Assembly: GCA_902763905.1 (NCBI GenBank)
Contig: CACWUA010000002.1
Coordinates: 6,075-68,729, forward strand
DNA length: 62,655 bases
DNA from: an uncultured Pseudomonadota bacterium
GTDB taxonomy: Bacteria; Pseudomonadota; Alphaproteobacteria; RF32; CAG-239
Reading direction: 5' to 3'
This document shows, in pieces, positions 49,692 through 59,418 of the stretch. Made by a program: the position numbers and the translations under genes. Position 1 is the first letter of the stretch, and each line of letters opens with the position of its first letter. Below the pieces are notes generated by a model. The model ran no database searches and was not told the origin of the DNA. It saw only the letters and a program-made list of their open reading frames with translations.

Positions 49692-49881
49692 ATAAATCGG
49701 CACAGCCTCGCTAAAAACTCGGATAGCGTGCGTAAATACGCAGTAAGCGGGTTGGTGCAGTGAATAATACAGCAACTAAAAATACGGAGAATGCGGTAAA
49801 TACGAAGGGTTTTTCGATAACGTGTACACAAAAGGTACACGAAGAGAAAAACCCCGAGTAGTTACCCATTATACGGATTTT
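49689..49881. repeat. Modular intergenic repeat, locus 3
   Basis: Hairpin 49807-49854 (GGGTTTTTC...CGTGTAC...GTACACG...GAAAAACCC). Same tail as locus 1. It abuts the stop of the ompA-like gene. Confidence 0.85.
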
Positions 49882-50520
49882 TTATTGAGCGTTGATGAGG
49901 TAAATTTCAACTCTGCGATTTTGTGCCCTGCCGGCTTCCGTATCATTACTGGCAATCGGTTGCTTGGAACCGGCACCGGCGGCATATAAGCGCGAACCGG
50001 CAACACCGCGCATGGCTAAATAATTGGCAACCGTGCGCGCACGACGTTCGGAAAGCGGATTATTGATTTTATCATTTCCGGTACTGTCGGTATGACCGAT
50101 AATCTGTAACTTGGTTTTGTCATATTCTTTAGCCACTTGCGCTACTGAATCAAGTACCGCATTGGCAGATGTTTTCATCACATCATTATTGGTATCAAAG
50201 GTAATGCTATTTGGCATAATCAGGCGAATGTTGTCACCGTCGCGTGCCACCTGCACACCGGTTCCGGCAAGCTTTTGACGCAGTTTGCTTTCCTGAATAT
50301 CCATATAGCCACCGGTAGCCGCACCGGCCGCGCCGCCGATACCGGCACCGATTAATGCGCCTTTTTCACCGCCGACAAGCGCACCGACACCGGCACCTAC
50401 CGCCGCACCGATACCCGTGCCCCACGCGGTTTTCGCCACTTTGCTTTCGCCGGTATAGGCATCAGTTGCACAACCGTTAAGCAACCCTAAGGCCACTAAG
50501 CATAACATAAGTTTTTTCAT
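49882..50520 (-). CDS. OmpA-family lipoprotein with a glycine-zipper N-domain
   Basis: Lipobox LLNG|C, a Gly-zipper stretch, and OmpA_C motifs (TDSTGNDKINNPLSERRA...NRRVEI). Confidence 0.9.
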   Translation of the reverse strand: MKKLMLCLVALGLLNGCATDAYTGESKVAKTAWGTGIGAAVGAGVGALVGGEKGALIGAGIGGAAGAATGGYMDIQESKLRQKLAGTGVQVARDGDNIRLIMPNSITFDTNNDVMKTSANAVLDSVAQVAKEYDKTKLQIIGHTDSTGNDKINNPLSERRARTVANYLAMRGVAGSRLYAAGAGSKQPIASNDTEAGRAQNRRVEIYLINAQ

Positions 50521-50531
50521 TTATTTTCTCC

Positions 50532-53168
50532 TTAAAAATTAGCAATGCGTGCCAAAGCTTCTTCAACTTTAGCCTTATTTTCGAGAGCCTCGGCCTGACG
50601 GCGTTTTTCTTCTGCCACAACTTTTTCCGGTGCCTTGGATACGAATTCCTTGTTATTCAACTTGCGGGCGTAACCGTCCAAGTTTTTATTCAAGGTTTCG
50701 AGCTCTTTATTGAGGCGCTCGCGCTCCGCCGCAAAATCAACCACGCCTTTAAGCGGAATTAAAATTGTAGTGTCACGACATACGGTTTGTACCATATCTT
50801 TGCTGATTTCCATATTGCCGAGCGGTGCCAATTTATCCAAACGAGCCAAATTGCAAATCAGATTATTTTGGGCAATCAGCGTTGCCAAATCAACATCGGA
50901 AGCCTTAACGTAAGCTGTTAGTTTTGCCACTGCCGGCAAATTCATTGCCGCGCGCAAAGAACGTACGGCAGAAATAAATTCAACCGCGCGGTCAATCACG
51001 CGTTTATCTTCTTCGCCGAATACCTCGTGCTGCGGCCATTCCGCCTTAATCAAGTCAACTTCGCGCGTTGTCAGATTATTCCACAACTCGGTTGTAACAA
51101 ACGGCATAAACGGGTGCAGAATTATCAAAATTCTATCCAATACCCATGCGGCCGTAGCTCTGGTTTCATTGATTTTCTCGTCACTGCCGCCGTAAAATAT
51201 CGGCTTGGTCAATTCAATATACCAATCGCAGAAAGTACCCCAAACAAACTGATACACCGCATTTGCCGCATCGGAAAAACGATAATTGTTCAAATTGTCG
51301 GTAACGTTTTTGGTGGCCTCTTTAGCTTTGGCAACAATCCACTTGTTAATAGGGAACTTAACATTTTTAATGTCAAAATCCTTAACCGAATAGCACTGAT
51401 TTATTTCACAAAAACGGGCGGCATTCCACAGTTTGGTGGCAAAATTGCGATAGCCCTGAATGCGCGAATCCGAAAGGTTGATGTCGCGTCCTTGGGTTTC
51501 CGACGAAGCCATAAAGAAACGCAAAGCATCGGCACCGTATTTTTCGATGGTTTCCATCGGGTCAACGGTATTGCCTTTGGATTTACTCATTTTGCGTCCC
51601 TGTTCGTCGCGTACCAAACCGTGAATATAGCACTTTTTGAACGGAACGCGCTTCATCATGTACATACTCATCATCATCATGCGGGCAACCCAGAAAAAGA
51701 TGATATCAAAGCCGGTAACCAATACCGAAGTCGGATAAAATGTTTTTAAGTATTCGGTAGCTTCCGGCCAACCCAAAGTAGAAAATGCCCATAATCCCGA
51801 AGAAAACCACGTATCCAATACGTCGGTTTCGCGACGTAACTCAACGTGTTTTCCATAGTGTTTATCGGCCGCCGCTTGTGCTTCTTCTTCGTTTTCTTCG
51901 CAGAAAATCGTTTCATCCGGACCATACCAAATCGGCATCTGATGTCCCCACCAAAGCTGGCGCGAAATGCACCACGGCTGAATATTGTTCATCCATTCAA
52001 AATAAGTTTTTTCATAAACCGCCGGCACAAATTCCATTTCTTTATCATGAACGGCGCGGCGTGCTTCCACCGCCAATTTCGGAGCATCAACAAACCATTG
52101 GTCGGTCATATACGGCTCGATTACCACACCGCTGCGGTCGCCGTACGGAATCACCATCGGATGGTCTTCGATTTTTTCCATCAGCCCGAGTTTTTCCAAC
52201 TCTTCAATAGTCTTAACGCGCGCTTCTTGTGTTGTCATACCGGCATATGGAGTGTTTTCGTTAAGGGTGGCATTCGAATTTAAAATGTTAATCATCGGCA
52301 GATTATGACGCTTACCGACTTCAAAGTCGTTAAAGTCGTGCGCCGGCGTAATCTTTACCGCACCCGTACCCTTTTCCGGATCGGCGTGATCGTCGGCAAT
52401 AATCGGAATAACGCGATTGGCAATCGGCAAAATGCAGTTTTTACCAATGAGATGTTTCAACTTCGGATTATCTTTGGAAACTGCCACCGCCGTATCGCCG
52501 AACATGGTTTCCGGACGCGTGGTGGCAATATGGATAAATTCATTCGGATTATCCTCCAACGGATATTTGTAATAATACATTTTACCCACAGTTTCTTTTT
52601 GTACCACTTCCAAGTCGGAAACCGCGGTTTCGAGTGCCGGATCCCAGTTAACCAACTTTTTAGCCTTATAAATCAGGCCGTCTTTATAGAGAGAGACAAA
52701 GATTTTGCGAACGGCGCGGGAAAGCCCCTCATCCATGGTAAAACGCTCGCGGCTCCAATCACACGAAGCACCCAAGCGGCGTAACTGTTTACAAATGGTG
52801 CCGCCGGATTGTTTTTTCCATTCCCAAACGGTTTCGATGAATTTTTCGCGTCCCAAATCGTGGCGAGTTAAGCCCTGTTTGGCCAAATTGCGCTCCACCA
52901 CCATCTGCGTGGCAATACCGGCATGGTCTGTCCCCGGCTGCCATAAAACTTTTTTGCCGAGCATACGATTATAGCGGATTAAAATATCCTGCAACGTATT
53001 ATCAAGCGCGTGCCCCATATGCAGCACACCGGTAACGTTCGGCGGCGGAATCACGATGGAAAACGCCTCTTTGTCTGAACGCATATCAGGTTGAAAAGCG
53101 CCCGTTTTTTCCCATTTTTCATAAATTTTTTCTTCAAATTCCTTCGGATTATAGTTTTTCTCTAACAT
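50532..53168 (-). CDS. valS: Valine--tRNA ligase
   Basis: HMGH (HIGH-type) and KMSKS motifs plus a C-terminal coiled coil. The ATG at 53168 is preferred because of its purine-rich RBS. Confidence 0.95.
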   Translation of the reverse strand: MLEKNYNPKEFEEKIYEKWEKTGAFQPDMRSDKEAFSIVIPPPNVTGVLHMGHALDNTLQDILIRYNRMLGKKVLWQPGTDHAGIATQMVVERNLAKQGLTRHDLGREKFIETVWEWKKQSGGTICKQLRRLGASCDWSRERFTMDEGLSRAVRKIFVSLYKDGLIYKAKKLVNWDPALETAVSDLEVVQKETVGKMYYYKYPLEDNPNEFIHIATTRPETMFGDTAVAVSKDNPKLKHLIGKNCILPIANRVIPIIADDHADPEKGTGAVKITPAHDFNDFEVGKRHNLPMINILNSNATLNENTPYAGMTTQEARVKTIEELEKLGLMEKIEDHPMVIPYGDRSGVVIEPYMTDQWFVDAPKLAVEARRAVHDKEMEFVPAVYEKTYFEWMNNIQPWCISRQLWWGHQMPIWYGPDETIFCEENEEEAQAAADKHYGKHVELRRETDVLDTWFSSGLWAFSTLGWPEATEYLKTFYPTSVLVTGFDIIFFWVARMMMMSMYMMKRVPFKKCYIHGLVRDEQGRKMSKSKGNTVDPMETIEKYGADALRFFMASSETQGRDINLSDSRIQGYRNFATKLWNAARFCEINQCYSVKDFDIKNVKFPINKWIVAKAKEATKNVTDNLNNYRFSDAANAVYQFVWGTFCDWYIELTKPIFYGGSDEKINETRATAAWVLDRILIILHPFMPFVTTELWNNLTTREVDLIKAEWPQHEVFGEEDKRVIDRAVEFISAVRSLRAAMNLPAVAKLTAYVKASDVDLATLIAQNNLICNLARLDKLAPLGNMEISKDMVQTVCRDTTILIPLKGVVDFAAERERLNKELETLNKNLDGYARKLNNKEFVSKAPEKVVAEEKRRQAEALENKAKVEEALARIANF

Positions 53169-53231
53169 TTTTCTTTCCATAAATTAAAATTGTTGCGCAT
53201 AAATTCAAACAAAAGGGAGGAAGAAACCTTT

Positions 53232-53528
53232 TCAGGCTTTATTTTCTTCCTTTACGCGCACTCGACCGACCTCAGAGCGGCAGGTACCGAAATATTGACG
53301 ATATTTTTTCATCATCTTTTTTGCCACATCGTCAAAGCTCCATACCCCCATTTTATACGGAATATCCTCGCGTTTCACCAACATCTTTTTAGATAAAACG
53401 AACACATCATCCTCCGGACGTTTACCGCGATAAAACGATTGGAAATAAGTTTTCCTTTCGTTGTTTACAATGGCTGCCCGAATATTTTTCAAGATATCGT
53501 CGATCGACTCCTCTTGTGTGTTATCCAT
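53232..53528 (-). CDS. Short DUF2497/PopZ-like protein (N-terminal motif only)
   Basis: EESIDDILKNIRAAI resembles the PopZ/DUF2497 N-terminal motif (E.sMEEILasIRrII). Conserved neighbourhood next to valS. Confidence 0.45.
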   Translation of the reverse strand: MDNTQEESIDDILKNIRAAIVNNERKTYFQSFYRGKRPEDDVFVLSKKMLVKREDIPYKMGVWSFDDVAKKMMKKYRQYFGTCRSEVGRVRVKEENKA

Positions 53529-53720
53529 AAAATTATACTCCGAGTTAAAATATCAACTGGGGTGGATTGTAGCAAAATTTATTTTAATTAGCAACTGTTT
53601 TTATCCGTTTTTTCGCAATTATAGCCTTATAGGAAATCCATATTTTTTGACAAAAAGCTTGACTTACAACATAAATATGATAAGATTAACCTGTATTGAA
53701 GATAAACAGGAGCTCTGATC

Positions 53721-55427
53721 ATGGATAACTGCGAAAAAAAACAAAAAATCGAACAAATCAAAAAGGGTATTGAAACAGGTAGCAAAATTGCCGGTAAAGT
53801 CGGTAAAAAAATCTTGGAAGCAACCGGTGAAACCGCCAAGAAAACGTATCAAAAATACAAAAAACTTAATAAAGCAGCTAAGAAAGATTTACACAGCGGT
53901 TTACTTGTCGCCGGAGGTGTTATCGGACTTTCCGGCTTGATATATACAAGTAAATATATGCCTGATAATCAGCAGGAATCATTGATTCAAAGCCATAATG
54001 CCAAGGTTGATTCTGTTATGGCGGCATTGACCAAAACCTACAAAATAACCGACAAAGAAAGTATCATGGAACTTTATAGGGCATCTCTGCCTCTGATACA
54101 AGCTTCGATGATTCCAACAGAGATATTTATTGCTCATGGTTATAACGACGGAACCGGCAGCTCTGCAAATTCCGTCGGTATAGGCATGTTTGAGCTTCCT
54201 GTGGACGGCAACCCAAACACTCCTGAATGGATTTCTACCAGCGAATACTTGAAAAAAAACCCTGAAACAACTGTTGATTTTAAAAAAGCATTAGACTTTG
54301 TGAACTGGTATTTCACAATTCGAAAAGAAAACGGCATAAAAGGACAGAGATTGGAAATGATGTATCGACACCTTAAAGGAGCCGAAGTTAACCCGCACCA
54401 ATTTACGGCCTTAGCCACATGCACTTTCAACGGTCCAGCCCGAGGATACAAATTTTGTGATTATGTCCGCGAAAATTATAACAATCCCATAGCATGCGCT
54501 CACTATTTGACTACTCTTGAACCTCGCAGAAAAGACTGCCGAGACGGCATTCTGGTGCGCCACACTTCCGAAGCTTGCATGTTTATGTATCCGGAATATG
54601 CCCTTGCCACATATTCATTTAAACAAAAAGAAGGTATAAACAGCAAAGGTGTGAAATATTATATAACATCGGTTAATCAAACTACTCCTACACAATGCAT
54701 AAAGGTTCGAGAAGATTTAGCCAAAGGTAGTACAAAAGAATTAGCTCAACATCGCAATCACATTATAAAATATGTCTGCAAAGGCGGTCAATCTATTATT
54801 GATTTGGCAAATACGATTAAAGACGAGAAAGCAAAAGCTGATTTCTTGCGCTACTATACGGGAGAAACCACTGCGATATTCGAAAACTCTCGTGCTGAAA
54901 TCACTTATGACGCCGCACTTAAAGAATATAATGCCGGCAACTATGAAAAAGCGTTGGAAGGCTTCCAAAAACTACGGGCAAACGGCTATGACGGTGCAGA
55001 TTTACGCAACGATATTGCCATTACACATTATAATCTGGGACACTATAAAGAATGTATCGAAGAATGCCGTTCCGTCTTGCAAACCGGAGAAAAACATGAA
55101 TACGCAAAAGCTACATATAATGCCGGAAAATCTTATGAGGCAATGGGCGAATATGAGAACGCATATAAAAATTATGAGCGTTCGGTGATTATGGGGGAAA
55201 AGTATCGCGCCAACGACACCATAATGAAAATATACAAAAAAGCCATACAGCGAACGGATAGTATTATCAAAAGTCTGCAGCCTCAGACAAAAAATGCGGT
55301 GCAAAGAGCTCAGAAGAATGTTATCAGTAAAACATCGTCTAAGGCTCACAAAACAGTTAAGCCGACAACGAAGTCAAAATCCAATATGAATACACAGATG
55401 GCAAAGCAATCAAAACGCGGGCGATAG
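53721..55427 (+). CDS. Membrane-anchored lysozyme-like (GH24-like) protein with C-terminal TPR repeats and a basic tail
   Basis: TM LLVAGGVIGLSGLIY. TEIFIAHGYNDGTGSSANSVGIG matches E....Y.D..G..T.G.G, and HQFTALATCTFNG matches the q..AL.S..FN.G pattern. TPR-like AEITYDAALKEYNAGNYEKALEGF... Confidence 0.45.
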   Translation: MDNCEKKQKIEQIKKGIETGSKIAGKVGKKILEATGETAKKTYQKYKKLNKAAKKDLHSGLLVAGGVIGLSGLIYTSKYMPDNQQESLIQSHNAKVDSVMAALTKTYKITDKESIMELYRASLPLIQASMIPTEIFIAHGYNDGTGSSANSVGIGMFELPVDGNPNTPEWISTSEYLKKNPETTVDFKKALDFVNWYFTIRKENGIKGQRLEMMYRHLKGAEVNPHQFTALATCTFNGPARGYKFCDYVRENYNNPIACAHYLTTLEPRRKDCRDGILVRHTSEACMFMYPEYALATYSFKQKEGINSKGVKYYITSVNQTTPTQCIKVREDLAKGSTKELAQHRNHIIKYVCKGGQSIIDLANTIKDEKAKADFLRYYTGETTAIFENSRAEITYDAALKEYNAGNYEKALEGFQKLRANGYDGADLRNDIAITHYNLGHYKECIEECRSVLQTGEKHEYAKATYNAGKSYEAMGEYENAYKNYERSVIMGEKYRANDTIMKIYKKAIQRTDSIIKSLQPQTKNAVQRAQKNVISKTSSKAHKTVKPTTKSKSNMNTQMAKQSKRGR

Positions 55428-55478
55428 TTATACTTTTATCATTAATTATCAGCCGATTATTTATTCCGCCGCAAAAAC

Positions 55479-55516
55479 AAAAAAATCCGCAGAGATTATT
55501 TCTCCGCGGATTTTTA
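55479..55516. terminator. Bidirectional terminator between convergent genes
   Basis: ATCCGCAGAG pairs with CTCCGCGGAT (one mismatch), flanked by A- and T-runs. Confidence 0.65.
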
Positions 55517-55534
55517 TGTATATATGTAACATTT

Positions 55535-56896
55535 TTATTCGTCTTCAATCGACAAACTCAACCACTTACCGCGTGTATTGTAGTAATTTGCTTCCGCATC
55601 ATAATAGTTGACATTAAGTCCCATTTTTTCAGCGGTCAGTTTACCCATCGACTGCATCAATTGCAAACCGGCAACATAGTAGTCGTGGCGTGCTTTAACT
55701 TCATTTACTTGCGATTGCAGCAAAGTCTGATATGCATTCAATACATCTAACACCGTACGATTACCCAAAGACTCTTCTTTTTGTGTTCCTTCCAAAGCAA
55801 TTGCCGAAGCTTTAACCTGCTCGCCGATAGATGCAATATTCGACTTACTGGTCTGCATCAGCGCCCAGTTTGCCGTAACACCGGAAACCACCGCACGTTC
55901 TGCCTCTTGCAATTTTTCCCGTGCCTCCCAACGCTGATATTTACTCTTGCGAATATTGGCTCTGGTAGCACCACCTGTATATAAAGGCACCGTCATATTA
56001 ATCGTATATTCCGTGCTATGTGTAGACGGATCGCGTCCGGTATGGGTAGAATTTTCGCTGCGTCCCGAAGCTGCAGTAAAACTAACTTCCGGCAACAGTG
56101 CTCCTTCTTGGCTCTTTACATTATATTTTGCCGCTTTCATCGCACGTTTTGCCGCATTCAGCGTATAATTATTCTGTATGGCATATTTCATGGCTTCTTT
56201 TTCCGTAACTGGGAAACGCTCGCTTAAATTATCAGGAAACTTAACATCTTCCGGTAAATGTCCGACGATACGATGATAGTAGTCACGCGAAACGGCCAAA
56301 TTACCTTCCGCCGACACCACATCTGACTGTGCCTGAGCATAACTGGCTCTGGATTGCGCTACGTCGGTACGCGTTACTTCTCCGACTTTATAGCGGGCCA
56401 TAGTCTCATCAAGTTGCTTTTTCAGCAGATTTTCATTGTTTTTCTGTAGCTTTACAATTGCTTCGTCACGCACTACATCCAAGTAAGAGGTCGAGGCGCC
56501 CAGCAATATTTCCTGCTCGACGGCATACAATGTATCTATACCGGATTTTGCCCGTTGATCTGCAGCTTTTACACCGTGATAAGTTTGGCCACCGCTGAAT
56601 AAAGACTGCTTGATTGCACCGTTGTAACCCTTAGTGTATCCGTCAACAGTCGGATTACCGGTGGTGTGTCTGTGCGTATCAGAATAACTTCCTCCGGCAG
56701 TAATGGTCGGACGAAAACCTGACCGTGCCAAAGCGGCATCTTCGTTTGCAGCTCCGCTTGTGGCGCGCTGACCGTGTAATGTCGGATTGGTATTATATGC
56801 CGCCGACATAGCTTCAAAAATTGTCTCGGCATCGGCGGAAAAACTTATCAACACGCAGGCCGCAGTCATTGTCAAAATCTTACTTATATAATTCAT
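55535..56896 (-). CDS. tolC: TolC-family outer-membrane efflux protein
   Basis: Signal peptide from the Met at 56896. Two OEP repeats with typical coiled-coil pattern. Confidence 0.85.
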   Translation of the reverse strand: MNYISKILTMTAACVLISFSADAETIFEAMSAAYNTNPTLHGQRATSGAANEDAALARSGFRPTITAGGSYSDTHRHTTGNPTVDGYTKGYNGAIKQSLFSGGQTYHGVKAADQRAKSGIDTLYAVEQEILLGASTSYLDVVRDEAIVKLQKNNENLLKKQLDETMARYKVGEVTRTDVAQSRASYAQAQSDVVSAEGNLAVSRDYYHRIVGHLPEDVKFPDNLSERFPVTEKEAMKYAIQNNYTLNAAKRAMKAAKYNVKSQEGALLPEVSFTAASGRSENSTHTGRDPSTHSTEYTINMTVPLYTGGATRANIRKSKYQRWEAREKLQEAERAVVSGVTANWALMQTSKSNIASIGEQVKASAIALEGTQKEESLGNRTVLDVLNAYQTLLQSQVNEVKARHDYYVAGLQLMQSMGKLTAEKMGLNVNYYDAEANYYNTRGKWLSLSIEDE

Positions 56897-57054
56897 TGTA
56901 TTATCTCGCATTTCCTTTCTTTGCTCTAAGCTTATAGAGTAGATTTTAAAAAAAATAAATGATAAGTTTAAAGTTATCTTCAATTTATAAATAAAAGTGC
57001 TATATTGTTAAATAATTTTCAATCAATTTTACATATATATCAGTATAAATCGGT

Positions 57055-59418
57055 ATGTTAAAATATTATGGGAGATATACATTGAAAGAAGAAAAATACT
57101 TGAACGTGTTGGATGCCGCCAGATTGAAACTTTCCATCGAACACTATATTAAATATTTTATCGGCAAACGTGCCTGCGAAATTACCAAAGAAGAGGCATT
57201 TAACGTGGTTGCTTTGGCTGTACGCGAATTTGCCATGGATAAAATGTACGAAACAATCGCGCGCTACAATCGTGTCGGTTCAAAACGTATTTATTATCTC
57301 TCCATAGAATATCTGATCGGACGTTCGCTCGAAAACAATTTGTATAATCTGGGCTTATATGATATATTAAAAAGTATCAAAATCGACGGCTGGCCGGATC
57401 TATCATTACAGGAAATTTTTGATGCGGAATATGATCCCGCTCTCGGTAACGGAGGTTTGGGACGCTTGGCTGCCGGATACCTCGACTCGATGGCTTCACT
57501 CGGTATTCCGGGGTTTGGTTACGGCATCAACTATCAATTCGGATTATTTAAGCAAAAATTTGAAAACGGTTATCAGGTAGAGCAAGCGGACAGCTGGTTG
57601 GAAGAAAATTCCCCTTGGCAATTTGCCAGATATGATCGCACTGTTACCATCCCTATAGGCGGACACGTAGAAATGTATACAAAACCTGACGGTAAAATCG
57701 GTTATATATGGGCCGATACGCACCGTCTCTACGGCGTACCTTATGATTTTCCGATTGTCGGATATGATGGAAAATCGGTCAATTATTTACGCCTGTTTTC
57801 GGCCAAAACCGATGAAGAACTGGACTTAAACATTTTTAACAGCGGCGGTTACATTGAAGCGGTGCGTGATAAAATTCGCACCGAAACGATTTCTAAAGTG
57901 CTTTACCCGTCAGATAACGTTGTTTCCGGAAAAGAATTGCGTCTGGCGCAACAATACTTCTTTGTTTCTTGTGCAATTCAAGATATTATTCGTCGCTTTT
58001 TGGAAAAGAGCAACGATTTCAGTAAGCTGCCTGATTATGTCTGCATTCAGCTTAACGACACTCATCCGGCGCTGGCTATTGTCGAAATGATGCGGCAATT
58101 GCTTGATGTATATAACCAAGAATGGGACGAATCGTGGGATATTGTTACCAAAGTTTTTGCTTATACCAACCACACATTATTGCCGGAGGCACTGGAAAAA
58201 TGGCCAAGCAATATTATAAGTCATTATTTGCCGCGGCACTTGCAGATTATTTATGAAATCAACCGTCGCTTTATGGAATTTGCGCGTTCACGCTTTGGAG
58301 ATGATGTGTATAAATTGGGTAAAGTCGCGATTGTAGACGGTGAAGGCGATAATCAGGTCATTCGCATGGCAAACCTATCGATTGTCGGCTCTTTTTCAGT
58401 AAACGGCGTGGCTAAGTTACATACTGAACTGGTTAAGCATTCTTTGGTACCGGAATTTTATGAATTATGGCCGGAGAAGTTTCATAACATTACCAACGGA
58501 ATTACACCGCGGCGCTGGTTATTGCACGCCAATAATAATTTGGCAATGTTAATTTGTGATAAAATAGGCATAGACTGGATTACGGATCTTGATTTGCTGC
58601 GCTCGCTAGAAAAATACAGCAATGATAAATCTTTCATAAAGAAGTTTCGTGAAATTAAGCTGGCCAATAAGCGGCGTTTGGTACAAAACGCATACAAAGC
58701 TACCCGCATTATGATTAATCCGGAAAGCATGTGTATTGTACACGCCAAACGTATTCATGAATATAAGCGTCAATTAATGACTGTTTTGCAGATCATCGGT
58801 GATTATTTGGCAATAATCAATGATCATGTACGCCCGATTACGCCGAAAACTTATATATTTGCCGGCAAGGCGGCTCCTTCATACAGCTTAGCCAAGTTGA
58901 TTATAAAATTAATCAATAACGTAGCCGAAGTAATCAATAATGATCAGCGTGTGGACGGCTTGCTTAAAGTTGTGTTTATCCCGGATTACAAAGTATCTGT
59001 TGCCGAATATCTTATTCCGGCCGCAGATTTGAGCTGTCAGGTTTCAACTGCGGGGTTTGAAGCATCGGGCACAAGCAATATGAAATTTGCTTTAAACGGA
59101 GCTCTGACCATTGGAACTTACGACGGAGCAAACATAGAAATCCGCGAGGCGGTAGGAGAAGATAACTTCTATTTATTCGGTCTGACCGAAGATGAAATCC
59201 GCAAACGTCGTATGAACTATAATCCGCGTGAAATTTATGAAAAATCAGAATACATCAAGCGTATTTTGAATGCAGTCAATTCTGCGATGTTTGCCGATGC
59301 CAACTATCCGCAGCAGTTTACGCCGATTTTTGATTTGCTCTTAAACAGCGATTACTACTTTATTTTAGCTGACTTAGAAGACTTCAACAAAACAATTCAT
59401 CCGGAGGCTTTTCTATGA
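57055..59418 (+). CDS. glgP: Glycogen/maltodextrin phosphorylase, C-terminally truncated at the compositional junction
   Basis: EASGTSNMKFALNG holds the PLP-binding Lys. The ORF ends soon after ...YYFILADLEDF and lacks the conserved C-terminal segment ending in the FSSDR(T/S)I region. Confidence 0.85.
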   Translation: MLKYYGRYTLKEEKYLNVLDAARLKLSIEHYIKYFIGKRACEITKEEAFNVVALAVREFAMDKMYETIARYNRVGSKRIYYLSIEYLIGRSLENNLYNLGLYDILKSIKIDGWPDLSLQEIFDAEYDPALGNGGLGRLAAGYLDSMASLGIPGFGYGINYQFGLFKQKFENGYQVEQADSWLEENSPWQFARYDRTVTIPIGGHVEMYTKPDGKIGYIWADTHRLYGVPYDFPIVGYDGKSVNYLRLFSAKTDEELDLNIFNSGGYIEAVRDKIRTETISKVLYPSDNVVSGKELRLAQQYFFVSCAIQDIIRRFLEKSNDFSKLPDYVCIQLNDTHPALAIVEMMRQLLDVYNQEWDESWDIVTKVFAYTNHTLLPEALEKWPSNIISHYLPRHLQIIYEINRRFMEFARSRFGDDVYKLGKVAIVDGEGDNQVIRMANLSIVGSFSVNGVAKLHTELVKHSLVPEFYELWPEKFHNITNGITPRRWLLHANNNLAMLICDKIGIDWITDLDLLRSLEKYSNDKSFIKKFREIKLANKRRLVQNAYKATRIMINPESMCIVHAKRIHEYKRQLMTVLQIIGDYLAIINDHVRPITPKTYIFAGKAAPSYSLAKLIIKLINNVAEVINNDQRVDGLLKVVFIPDYKVSVAEYLIPAADLSCQVSTAGFEASGTSNMKFALNGALTIGTYDGANIEIREAVGEDNFYLFGLTEDEIRKRRMNYNPREIYEKSEYIKRILNAVNSAMFADANYPQQFTPIFDLLLNSDYYFILADLEDFNKTIHPEAFL

